From: Candidatus Lustribacter sp.
GTDB taxonomy: Bacteria; Vulcanimicrobiota; Vulcanimicrobiia; Vulcanimicrobiales; Vulcanimicrobiaceae
Length of the DNA stretch: 64,000 nucleotides
Direction: 5' to 3'
NCBI GenBank assembly: GCA_965277805.1
Contig: OZ255842.1
Span: forward strand, 4,192,001-4,256,000
A model generated the notes under the pieces. That model searched no databases. It saw nothing but the letters and a program-made list of their open reading frames with translations, and was not told where the DNA came from. Below, one piece after another: positions 50,271 to 57,424 of the stretch (the stretch's first letter is position 1; the number at the start of each line of letters is the position of its first letter). The position numbers and the translations under genes are program-made.

Positions 50271-51543
50271 CCGACGACCCTTCGACGATGGCTTGGGCGA
50301 TTCTATCCACCGCGCCGTCGAGCGGAATGCGCCGTTCGGCGCGCTGTTCGAGGTCGCGGAAGACGATCTCGCCCGACGCGAGCTCGTTGTCGCCGAGGAT
50401 CAGCGCCCAGCGGGCACCGTTGCGATCGGCCAGCTTGAAGTGCGCGGTGAGCTTGCGATCGCCGTAGTCGATGAAGACGGGCTGACCGGTGTGAGCGCGC
50501 AGCCGTCCGGCGAGCGGAATCAGCCGCGCGCGGGCGGCCGCACCCAGCGCGATTGCCTGGACGCCGCGCCGGGGCTGGGCCGCGCCGTCCTTGGCCGCAT
50601 CGACCATCATGAGGAAGCGTTCGAGCCCGAGGCCGAAGCCGACGGCCGGGGTCGCGGGTCCGCCGAGCGAGCTGACCAGGCCGTCGTAGCGGCCGCCGCC
50701 GCACACGGTGCTCTGGGCACCGAGCGCGGTCGAAGTGATCTCGAAGACCGTGCGCGTGTAGTAGTCGAGGCCGCGCACGATCCGCGGATCTACTTCATAG
50801 GCGATGCCGAGCTCATCGAGGTAGCGCCGGACACCGTCGAAGTGCGCGCGGCACTCGTCGCACAGCGTGTCGAGGAAGGCCGGGGCGGTCGCTACGAACG
50901 GCGCGTCGGCCGGCGACTTCGAGTCGAGGATGCGCAGCGGGTTGCGTTCCAGGCGCGACTGCGAGTCGGCCGAGAGCTCGGCCAGATGCGGCCGGAAGTG
51001 CGCCAGCAACGCCTCGCGATAGCGCGGCCGGCAGACCTCGTCGCCGACCGAGTTCAGCCGGACCGTCACCCCCGAGAGCCCGTACCGTCCGAGCAGCGCG
51101 GTCGCAAGGCCGATCACCTCGGCGTCGGCCTCGGGTCCCTCGAAGCCGAAGCACTCGATCCCGAACTGGTGCGCCTCGCGGAAGCGGCCGGCTTGGGGCC
51201 GCTCGTAGCGGAAGATCGAGCCGATGTAGTAGAGCCGCTGGGGACCCTGGGCGAGCAGCGAGTGCTCGAGGACCGCGCGCACGACCGGCGCCGTCCACTC
51301 CGGCCGCAGCGTCATACTGCGGCCGCCCTTGTCCTGGAACGTGTACATCTCTTTTTCGACGATATCGGTCGTCTCGCCGACGCCGCGCACGAACAGCTCG
51401 GTCGACTCGAACGTGGGCGTGCGGATCTCGCCATAGCCGAAGCTCTCGGCGATCTCACGCGCGTGGGCTTCGAGGCGGTTCCAATCGGCCGAGCGGGGCG
51501 GCAGCACGTCGTGGGTGCCGCGCGGGGCGGCCAGGCGATTCAC
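50263..51543 (-). CDS. hisS: histidine--tRNA ligase
   Basis: 'PRGT.D', 'KEMY.F.D', 'LRPE.TA', 'FRYERPQ.GR.R', 'VRGLDYY' and 'GGGRYD'. Confidence 0.98.
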   Translation of the reverse strand: MNRLAAPRGTHDVLPPRSADWNRLEAHAREIAESFGYGEIRTPTFESTELFVRGVGETTDIVEKEMYTFQDKGGRSMTLRPEWTAPVVRAVLEHSLLAQGPQRLYYIGSIFRYERPQAGRFREAHQFGIECFGFEGPEADAEVIGLATALLGRYGLSGVTVRLNSVGDEVCRPRYREALLAHFRPHLAELSADSQSRLERNPLRILDSKSPADAPFVATAPAFLDTLCDECRAHFDGVRRYLDELGIAYEVDPRIVRGLDYYTRTVFEITSTALGAQSTVCGGGRYDGLVSSLGGPATPAVGFGLGLERFLMMVDAAKDGAAQPRRGVQAIALGAAARARLIPLAGRLRAHTGQPVFIDYGDRKLTAHFKLADRNGARWALILGDNELASGEIVFRDLEQRAERRIPLDGAVDRIAQAIVEGSSDE

Positions 51544-51571
51544 GGGTGCCGAACTTTACCGGAAACGGTAC

Positions 51572-51618
51572 CCCGGGCCTTCAGTGCGTTTCGTTCGCTT
51601 GCGTACGCCCGGGCCTTC
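51572..51618. repeat. 11-bp direct repeat CCCGGGCCTTC x2 in the hisS/Xre divergent intergenic region
   Basis: Copies at 51572-51582 and 51608-51618, each preceded by GTAC plus one base. Confidence 0.55.
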
Positions 51619-51627
51619 TAGGCCCCC

Positions 51628-51656
51628 TTGTCCCCCTCTTTTTTAGCTGTTATCCT
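51628..51656 (+). promoter_or_regulatory. sigma70-type promoter driving a probably leaderless transcript
   Basis: TTGTCC-N17-TATCCT with extended TG (51648-51649); ATG at 51664 lies 7 nt downstream. Confidence 0.6.
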
Positions 51657-51663
51657 CTACGCT

Positions 51664-52077
51664 ATGCAGGAGCAGGGGGCTGGTAAGAGCCCGTTCTTGA
51701 GCGCCGGGGACGCCCACGTGCAAGCGATGTCGCTGCCGATCGGGGAGATCGTCCGCTTGCTGCTCGAGCAGCTCGATGCGACGACCGTCGCCGTGATCGC
51801 CGGCGTGTCGGAGACGCGGGCCGTGCACAGCTGGCTGGGTGGCCGCGAACCGCAGCGGCCGCAGGTCTTGCGCTTCGCGCTGCAGCTCGCCGCCATGATC
51901 GCTAATACTGCCGACGCCGAATATTGCAAGGCCTGGTTTCACGGCAGCAATCCGAACCTGAACGACCGGGTGCCGATGATCATGCTGCGCGATTTGCCGC
52001 TGGCTGAAATCCAGCCCGAGCTACTGGCTGCCGCTCGCCTGTTTGCGGCGCGCCCCGGACGCAGCTCCGCGAGCTAA
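51664..52077 (+). CDS. Xre/MbcA/ParS antitoxin-like HTH protein (no adjacent toxin)
   Basis: HTH 'VA.IAGV...RAV..W..G..P' and C-terminal 'AWF.G.NP.L.D..P...LR'. Confidence 0.72.
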   Translation: MQEQGAGKSPFLSAGDAHVQAMSLPIGEIVRLLLEQLDATTVAVIAGVSETRAVHSWLGGREPQRPQVLRFALQLAAMIANTADAEYCKAWFHGSNPNLNDRVPMIMLRDLPLAEIQPELLAAARLFAARPGRSSAS

Positions 52078-52108
52078 CACCCCACCCCGAATCGCACGCC
52101 GCCGGACA

Positions 52109-52131
52109 GGCTCAATCGGCGGCTCAATCGG
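52109..52131. repeat. tandem direct repeat GGCTCAATCGG x2 (12-bp period)
   Basis: Copies at 52109-52119 and 52121-52131, upstream of the STAS gene promoter. Confidence 0.6.
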
Positions 52132-52158
52132 TAGCCCGAATGGCCCCGCAATCACAAC

Positions 52159-52187
52159 TTGTATGGGGCCGCAGTCGCGCCTATCCT
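52159..52187 (+). promoter_or_regulatory. sigma70-type promoter for the STAS gene
   Basis: TTGTAT-N17-TATCCT, then a GAGG SD and ATG at 52209. Confidence 0.55.
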
Positions 52188-52208
52188 TGTTGCAGAGACG
52201 AGGTTCAC

Positions 52209-52634
52209 ATGGCGATCTATTCCTTCCCGACGTTCGACGACGATTCAAATCTCGCTAATGCTAGCGCCGGTATTTTCATTCACGACGACACGAATCCGCG
52301 CGCGTCGATCGTGTCGGTGTTCGGTGAGGCAACGTTCGCCGATACGGCCACGTTGGAATCGATGGTGGTCAGCGTCGTGCGAATCGGACGGCCCGTCATC
52401 ATCGACTTGCGCGAATGCAGCTATATGGACTGCGCGACGATCGGCGTGATCGTGCGCGCCGCGAAGAATCTGGGCGATCAATTGCGGATCGTGATCCCAG
52501 CGCGCAGCCAAGGATATCGCATGCTCGACCTCACCGGGCTCACACGCGTTCTGAACGTCTTCGAGAACATCGAGAGCGCCGCCGGGCCGATCGACGACGC
52601 ACCGCCTTCACACCTGCGCATCGTCTCTGGTTGA
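52209..52634 (+). CDS. STAS domain anti-sigma factor antagonist-like protein
   Basis: 'V.GE.....A..L', 'VIIDL....YMD...IG', 'R.L.LTGL..V..VF...E.A'. Confidence 0.85.
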   Translation: MAIYSFPTFDDDSNLANASAGIFIHDDTNPRASIVSVFGEATFADTATLESMVVSVVRIGRPVIIDLRECSYMDCATIGVIVRAAKNLGDQLRIVIPARSQGYRMLDLTGLTRVLNVFENIESAAGPIDDAPPSHLRIVSG

Positions 52635-52636
52635 AC

Positions 52637-52664
52637 GCTTTTCATCGAGCGCTTCACCGGGTAC
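52637..52664 (+). promoter_or_regulatory. candidate SigB/SigF-type promoter
   Basis: GCTTT-N17-GGGTAC compared with consensus GTTT-N15-17-GGGTA; in-frame ATG at 52674 lies 9 nt downstream. Confidence 0.45.
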
Positions 52665-52667
52665 GGA

Positions 52668-53471
52668 ATGCAGATGACCGCCGTAACCCACCCGTACTTA
52701 CACAATGCTTGGGTCGCCAACCCATTCGACTCCGATGCGGCGAAGCGACATTCATCGTACAGCGGCTTCGATAACGGCGAACTCACGCGACTGCTGGAAA
52801 CGGCCCCGCTCGGGGCGTTCGCACACGTTGCGCACGATGCGTTTCGGGAGTGGGTGCTCGACCCCGAGTTTTCGTGTCTCGCCGGCCGTTCCGCACTCCA
52901 CCGGTCGACCTACCGGTTCGGTGCATACGAACGGCTCGATGACGAAGACGTAACCGCCGGCCTCGCGCGCGACCTCTACGCCTTTGCGGCCGAACGCGCC
53001 GGATTCCGCAGCGGCTTCACGACCTTCGCGGCGGTGTTTCGCGGCGACCGCGACCTCGACGAGCCCGCATTCGAAGCGCGCCTGTGGTCGCAACTCCAGC
53101 GTCTGCACGATCTCGACGCGCGCTATCACCCGTGGGACGAACGCGTCGCGAGCAATCCGGGAGACGCGGAATTCTCGTTCAGCGTCGCCGGAACCGCATA
53201 CTTCGTCGTCGGCATGCATCCGCACGCGTCGCGACGCGCCCGGCGCTTTGCCTGGCCGGCCCTCGTATTCAACGCGCACGATCAATTCGAACAGCTGCGC
53301 AAGGCCGGCACGCTGGCGGGTCTCCAGCGGCAGATCCGTCAGCGGGAAATCGCCCTCGACGGCACCCTCAACGCAAATCTCAGCGAATACGGCGAAGCCT
53401 CCGAAGCGCTGCAATACTCGGGCCGCGCAAACTCAGCGGGGTGGACATGTCCGTTTCGCCCGCAACGATAA
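52668..53471 (+). CDS. YqcI/YcgG family heme-dependent guanidine N-hydroxylase (GntA/DcsA-like)
   Basis: 'F.C..G', 'FE..LW..LQ.L...D', 'FSFS..G...F.VG.HP..SR..R', 'VFN...QF..L', 'QYSGR' and 'W.CPF'. Confidence 0.82.
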   Translation: MQMTAVTHPYLHNAWVANPFDSDAAKRHSSYSGFDNGELTRLLETAPLGAFAHVAHDAFREWVLDPEFSCLAGRSALHRSTYRFGAYERLDDEDVTAGLARDLYAFAAERAGFRSGFTTFAAVFRGDRDLDEPAFEARLWSQLQRLHDLDARYHPWDERVASNPGDAEFSFSVAGTAYFVVGMHPHASRRARRFAWPALVFNAHDQFEQLRKAGTLAGLQRQIRQREIALDGTLNANLSEYGEASEALQYSGRANSAGWTCPFRPQR

Positions 53472-54091
53472 GCGAGATTCCGCCGCAGAGCGGCGTTGCG
53501 TTCCTGCTGCAAGCCGGTGACGTCCTGCGCGTGATCGACCCGGCCGGCGAGCAGGTCGCCGACCTCACCGCATTCGCGCTCGACGACCGGCGCGAATCGC
53601 TCTCGTCGGGCCGTTCGATCGACTACGCCGAGACGGTCTATCTCACCAGCGGCCACACGCTCTATTCCAACCGCAGCCGCCCGATGTTCACGATCGTGCG
53701 CGACGACGTCGGCCGCCACGACTTCTTGCTCACGCCCTGCAGCCGTGAGACGTTCTCCATCATCTACGGCCATACGGGCGACCACCGGAGTTGCTTCGAC
53801 AACCTCTCGGCGAGCCTGGCCGCGCACGGGATCGATCCCGATGCGATCCCTACGACGTTCAACATCTTCATGAACGTCGAGATCGATCCGGCCGGACGCA
53901 TCGGCGTGCGGCCGCCGCGGTCGCGGGCCGGCGACTGTATCGAACTTCGGGCCGAAATGGACCTCATCGTCGGGCTCACGGCGTGTTCGGCCGAGATGTC
54001 GAACAACTACGCGTTCAAACCAATCTGGTATTCCATCGATCGAGGAAGCAGAACTCCATGGATCAATTCGGCGCATTCGCTCGTACCGTAA
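53447..54091 (+). CDS. DUF1989 / urea carboxylase-associated family protein (CgdAB-like)
   Basis: 'G.QV.D', 'LYS', 'HD.L...C', 'C.DNL', 'FN.FMNV' and 'AEMD..VG..ACS'; overlaps the upstream gene. Confidence 0.88.
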   Translation: MSVSPATISEIPPQSGVAFLLQAGDVLRVIDPAGEQVADLTAFALDDRRESLSSGRSIDYAETVYLTSGHTLYSNRSRPMFTIVRDDVGRHDFLLTPCSRETFSIIYGHTGDHRSCFDNLSASLAAHGIDPDAIPTTFNIFMNVEIDPAGRIGVRPPRSRAGDCIELRAEMDLIVGLTACSAEMSNNYAFKPIWYSIDRGSRTPWINSAHSLVP

Positions 54092-54423
54092 ACCGTTTTG
54101 TATCGAGCCCGGCAGCAACGGCGACCGCATTTGCGATCGTCATCCTCTGGGCGGCCTGCGGCCCGGCCGCGCACTACTCCGACGGTTGGCAATTGATCAT
54201 CAACACCGGCACGACGATCGTTACGTTTCTGATGGTGTTCGTCCTGAACAACGCGCAGTCGCGTGATACCTCGGCGATCAACTCGAAGCTCGACGCGCTG
54301 ATCGTGGCGCTCGAAGCCGCCGACAACCGCGCCGTCGGCCTCGAATACCGCGCCGACAGCGAAGCGAAGGTCATCGCGGATGAGATCATTGCAAAAGTCG
54401 ATGCGGAGCTGAAGGCGCCCTAA
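54058..54423 (+). CDS. low-affinity iron permease (Fet4-like) family small membrane protein
   Basis: 'W...GP...YSD.WQL.INT.TTI.TFLMVF...N.Q.RD..A...KLD.L'. Confidence 0.88.
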   Translation: MDQFGAFARTVNRFVSSPAATATAFAIVILWAACGPAAHYSDGWQLIINTGTTIVTFLMVFVLNNAQSRDTSAINSKLDALIVALEAADNRAVGLEYRADSEAKVIADEIIAKVDAELKAP

Positions 54424-54812
54424 TCGCCGCTTCGCGGTTCCAGCAGTTCGACCGGAATGCCGTTGGGATCTTCGACGAACGCGATCCAGCGGTTGCCGCT
54501 GGGCGGCTTCTTCGGTTCGGTGAGAATCTTCACGCCGAGGCCGCGCAAACGTTCGATCGTGCTCTTCATATCGCCGTCGATTTCCAGCGCGAGGTGCTCG
54601 TAGCGGTTGCCGATCGCGTACGGCGGATGGTCTTCCAAATCGTAGACGAGCTCGATGTACGCGTTCCAATCGCTGCCCACGAACGCCATGTCGGCGTTGC
54701 CCGGATAGTGGTTCGGGCCGCCCAGCAACTTCAGCCCGAGTTTGTTGGTGTAGAAATCGATCGACGCCGCCATATCGTTGACGAAGATCGACGTGTGCAG
54801 ATAGCGTGCCAT
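54420..54812 (-). CDS. gloA: lactoylglutathione lyase / VOC family protein
   Basis: 'LHT...V.D...SI.FY...LG', 'IEL', 'G....HLA' and 'AF..DP.G..VEL'. Confidence 0.8.
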   Translation of the reverse strand: MARYLHTSIFVNDMAASIDFYTNKLGLKLLGGPNHYPGNADMAFVGSDWNAYIELVYDLEDHPPYAIGNRYEHLALEIDGDMKSTIERLRGLGVKILTEPKKPPSGNRWIAFVEDPNGIPVELLEPRSGD

Positions 54813-54847
54813 AGGGGCTCCATTTCGGATTCAAGAACGTGCGGCCT

Positions 54848-55561
54848 ATGCCGATTGTCTTGAACGACGTCTCGATCCCCGTTTCCGGCGGCGTCATGCC
54901 GGCGTTTATGGGGTTTCCCGAGGTTACGCCCGCGCCCGCGGTCATCATCGTGCCGTCGGTGTTCGGCATCGTGCAAGCGGCGAAGGATACGGTCGAGATG
55001 TTCGCCGCCAACGGCTACATCGCGATCGTGCTGGATGTGTTCTTCCGCACGATTCCCGGGCCGAAGAGCATGGCCGACAAAACCGAGTTCGCGCAGGCAC
55101 TCCAGCGCAACGATCGCTTCGATGCCGGGCAAGGCCAACGCGACATGGAAGCGGCGCGCGATTACGCACTCGCGTTGCCGCAGTGCAACGGGAAGTGGGC
55201 GATGATCGGCTACTGCTTCGGCGGGCGCTACACGCTGCGTGCCGGCGCCTACATGGGCGCCGACGCCGTCGCGGCATTTCATCCGTCGAAAATGGGCCTC
55301 GAACTCGACGCCGCGGCGGCGATGCGCGTGCCCGCGAGCTTTCATTTCGGCGGGGCGGATCCGCAAGTACCGCTCTCCGAGATCGAGGCGGTGCGACGCG
55401 CGCTGGCCGGCAATTCGCGCGCCGAGACGTACGTTTATCCGGGCGTGGGCCACGGTTTCACGAGCCCCGGCGGAGCGTCGTACGATGCCGGCGTGGCCCA
55501 AGTATCACTCGAGCGTACGCTGCTCATGCTCGAACAGCTGAAGTCGACCGTCTCTGCCTAA
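54848..55561 (+). CDS. dienelactone hydrolase family protein
   Basis: Nucleophile motif GYCFGG, 'G..D' and 'YPG..HGF'. Confidence 0.9.
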   Translation: MPIVLNDVSIPVSGGVMPAFMGFPEVTPAPAVIIVPSVFGIVQAAKDTVEMFAANGYIAIVLDVFFRTIPGPKSMADKTEFAQALQRNDRFDAGQGQRDMEAARDYALALPQCNGKWAMIGYCFGGRYTLRAGAYMGADAVAAFHPSKMGLELDAAAAMRVPASFHFGGADPQVPLSEIEAVRRALAGNSRAETYVYPGVGHGFTSPGGASYDAGVAQVSLERTLLMLEQLKSTVSA

Positions 55562-55842
55562 ATTCCGGAGAAATGGGCCGTGGCCCACGGCGCGGTCAGC
55601 GCGACGCCGACGAGGAACGCCGCGATGAAGATCGCCGCCTGCCGTAACGCACCGAAGCCGAAGAGCGCGAGCGGCAGCGGCGCGATGTAGAGCGCCTCGA
55701 CGCCGATATCGTGGAACGGCTGCAGCGCGATCGAGCCGTCGAGCCCGTACTGTACCCACAGCGCATCCGCAATGCGATCCACGGCGCCGAGCACCAGCGC
55801 GTAGCCGATCAGCCGGATGATGAAGCCCGCGATCGCGCCCAC
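55558..55842 (-). CDS. small hypothetical membrane protein downstream of purH
   Basis: 94 aa, about three TM helices; starts 1 bp after the purH stop. Confidence 0.55.
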   Translation of the reverse strand: MGAIAGFIIRLIGYALVLGAVDRIADALWVQYGLDGSIALQPFHDIGVEALYIAPLPLALFGFGALRQAAIFIAAFLVGVALTAPWATAHFSGI

Positions 55843-55843
55843 G

Positions 55844-57424
55844 TTAGTGCAGGAAGTAGCGGTAGGTCGAGAAGACCAGCGCGATGCCGCGCTCGTCGGC
55901 GGCCGCGATCACTTCCGCGTCGCGGATCGAGCCGCCCGGGGCGATGACCGCGCTGCAGCCGGCGTCGACCGCGGCGATCAGCCCGTCGGGGAACGGAAAG
56001 AACCCGTCGCTGGCACACGCCGCGCCTTGGGAAAATTCACCGGCCCGCTCGCCGGCGATCCGTACTGCGCTCACCCGGTTTGTTTGCCCAGCACAGATGC
56101 CGCGCGAAACCACGTCGCGCACGACCGCCACGCCGTTGGACTTCACGTGGCGCACGATGTCCCAGGCGAAGATCAAATCGCGCCACTCGGCTGCGGTGGG
56201 CGGGCGTTTGGAAACCACGCGCCAGGTCTCGGGTTCGGCCTTCGGGTCGTCGTCTTCGGCCAGCACACCGCCCAGTGCCGAACGCACGCGCAGCTCGGTT
56301 GCGATGCGCTGCGGCATGCCCGCATCGTAGCGCATGATGCGCAAGTCCTTGCGCCGCTTGAGGCGTTCGAGCGCGTCGTCGTCGAAGGCCGGGGCGGCCA
56401 CGATTTCGAGGAAGAATCCGCGCAGCGCTTCGGCCGTCGCGAGATCGATCGTCCCGTCGACGGCGATGATCCCGCCGTAGGCCGAGGTCGGATCGGCGTC
56501 GACTGCGGCCCGCACGGCTTCCGCCACGGTGGCGCGTTCGGCAACACCGCACGGCACCGTATGCTTCACGATCGCGGCCCGGCAATACGCGCGGTTGAGT
56601 TCCGCCGGCGGCGGGTCGATGCCGACGTGCGCACGCACCAAGAGCCGCAGCGTGGCATCGAGGTCGAGCAAATTGTTGTAAGAGAGCGCTTTGCCCCAGA
56701 GCTGTTCGGGCAGTTGCGTCTCGCGCGCGAGATAGAACGCGGCGCGGTCCTGCGGGTTCTCGCCGTACCGCAACGGCTGTTCGATCGGGATCGAGAGCGC
56801 GAGCGAGCCCGGCAATTCGTTGGCCAACAGCCCCGACTCCATGTAGCGTGAAATCGCGGAGTCATACTCGGCCGTGCGTTCGAACGCGCGCGTCGCGAGC
56901 CGTCGCCGCGCGTCGCGTTCGAGTCCCTGCGGCAGCGCTGCGATCAGTTCGCCGTACTGCTCGGGATCGCTGAGCACGGTGACGCGATCGAAGTTCTTCG
57001 CCGCGGCGCGCAACAAGGAGACGCCGCCGATGTCGATCTGCTCGATCGCTTCTTGCAGCGTTGCGCCGGCCCGCGCGACGGTCGATTCGAACGGGTAGAG
57101 ATTCACGACGATCGTGGATAGCAGCGGAATCTTGTGTTCCGCAGCTTCGGCTTCGTGCACGGCACTCGTGGTATCGCGCAGGATCCCGCCGAACACGTTC
57201 GGGTGCAGCGTTTTCACGCGGCCGTCGAAGAGCGCCGGAAAACCGGTGAGGTCTTCCACGTCGTGTACGGTCAAGCCGGCCGCGCGCAAATGCGCGGCCG
57301 AACCGCCGGTCGCATAGATCGTGGTTCCGGCTTCGATCAGTTTGCTAGCGAGTTCGACAACGCCCGTGCGGTCGTAGACCGAGATGAGCGCCGCAGCGTT
57401 ATCCGGCAACGAGGGCCTCTTCAC
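55844..57424 (-). CDS. purH: bifunctional AICAR formyltransferase / IMP cyclohydrolase
   Basis: 'GRVKTLHP', 'VNLYPF', 'IDIGG', 'LRYGENP.Q', 'SYNN', 'KH..PCG', 'KSN', 'SD.FFPF.D' and 'PGGS.RD'. Confidence 0.97.
   Translation of the reverse strand: MKRPSLPDNAAALISVYDRTGVVELASKLIEAGTTIYATGGSAAHLRAAGLTVHDVEDLTGFPALFDGRVKTLHPNVFGGILRDTTSAVHEAEAAEHKIPLLSTIVVNLYPFESTVARAGATLQEAIEQIDIGGVSLLRAAAKNFDRVTVLSDPEQYGELIAALPQGLERDARRRLATRAFERTAEYDSAISRYMESGLLANELPGSLALSIPIEQPLRYGENPQDRAAFYLARETQLPEQLWGKALSYNNLLDLDATLRLLVRAHVGIDPPPAELNRAYCRAAIVKHTVPCGVAERATVAEAVRAAVDADPTSAYGGIIAVDGTIDLATAEALRGFFLEIVAAPAFDDDALERLKRRKDLRIMRYDAGMPQRIATELRVRSALGGVLAEDDDPKAEPETWRVVSKRPPTAAEWRDLIFAWDIVRHVKSNGVAVVRDVVSRGICAGQTNRVSAVRIAGERAGEFSQGAACASDGFFPFPDGLIAAVDAGCSAVIAPGGSIRDAEVIAAADERGIALVFSTYRYFLH

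Noticed and set aside
51544-51663. T-box leader for hisS
   Set aside because: The region is only 120 bp, is shared with a divergent promoter and has no T-box motif or terminator
52078-52667. Guanidine riboswitch upstream of the GntA/DUF1989 genes
   Set aside because: No ykkC, mini-ykkC (paired ACGR hairpins) or ykkC-III pattern visible; only 33 bp precede the gene
52668-53471. Guanitoxin or D-cycloserine biosynthetic cluster
   Set aside because: Only the hydroxylase homolog is present; none of the other gnt or dcs genes are in the window
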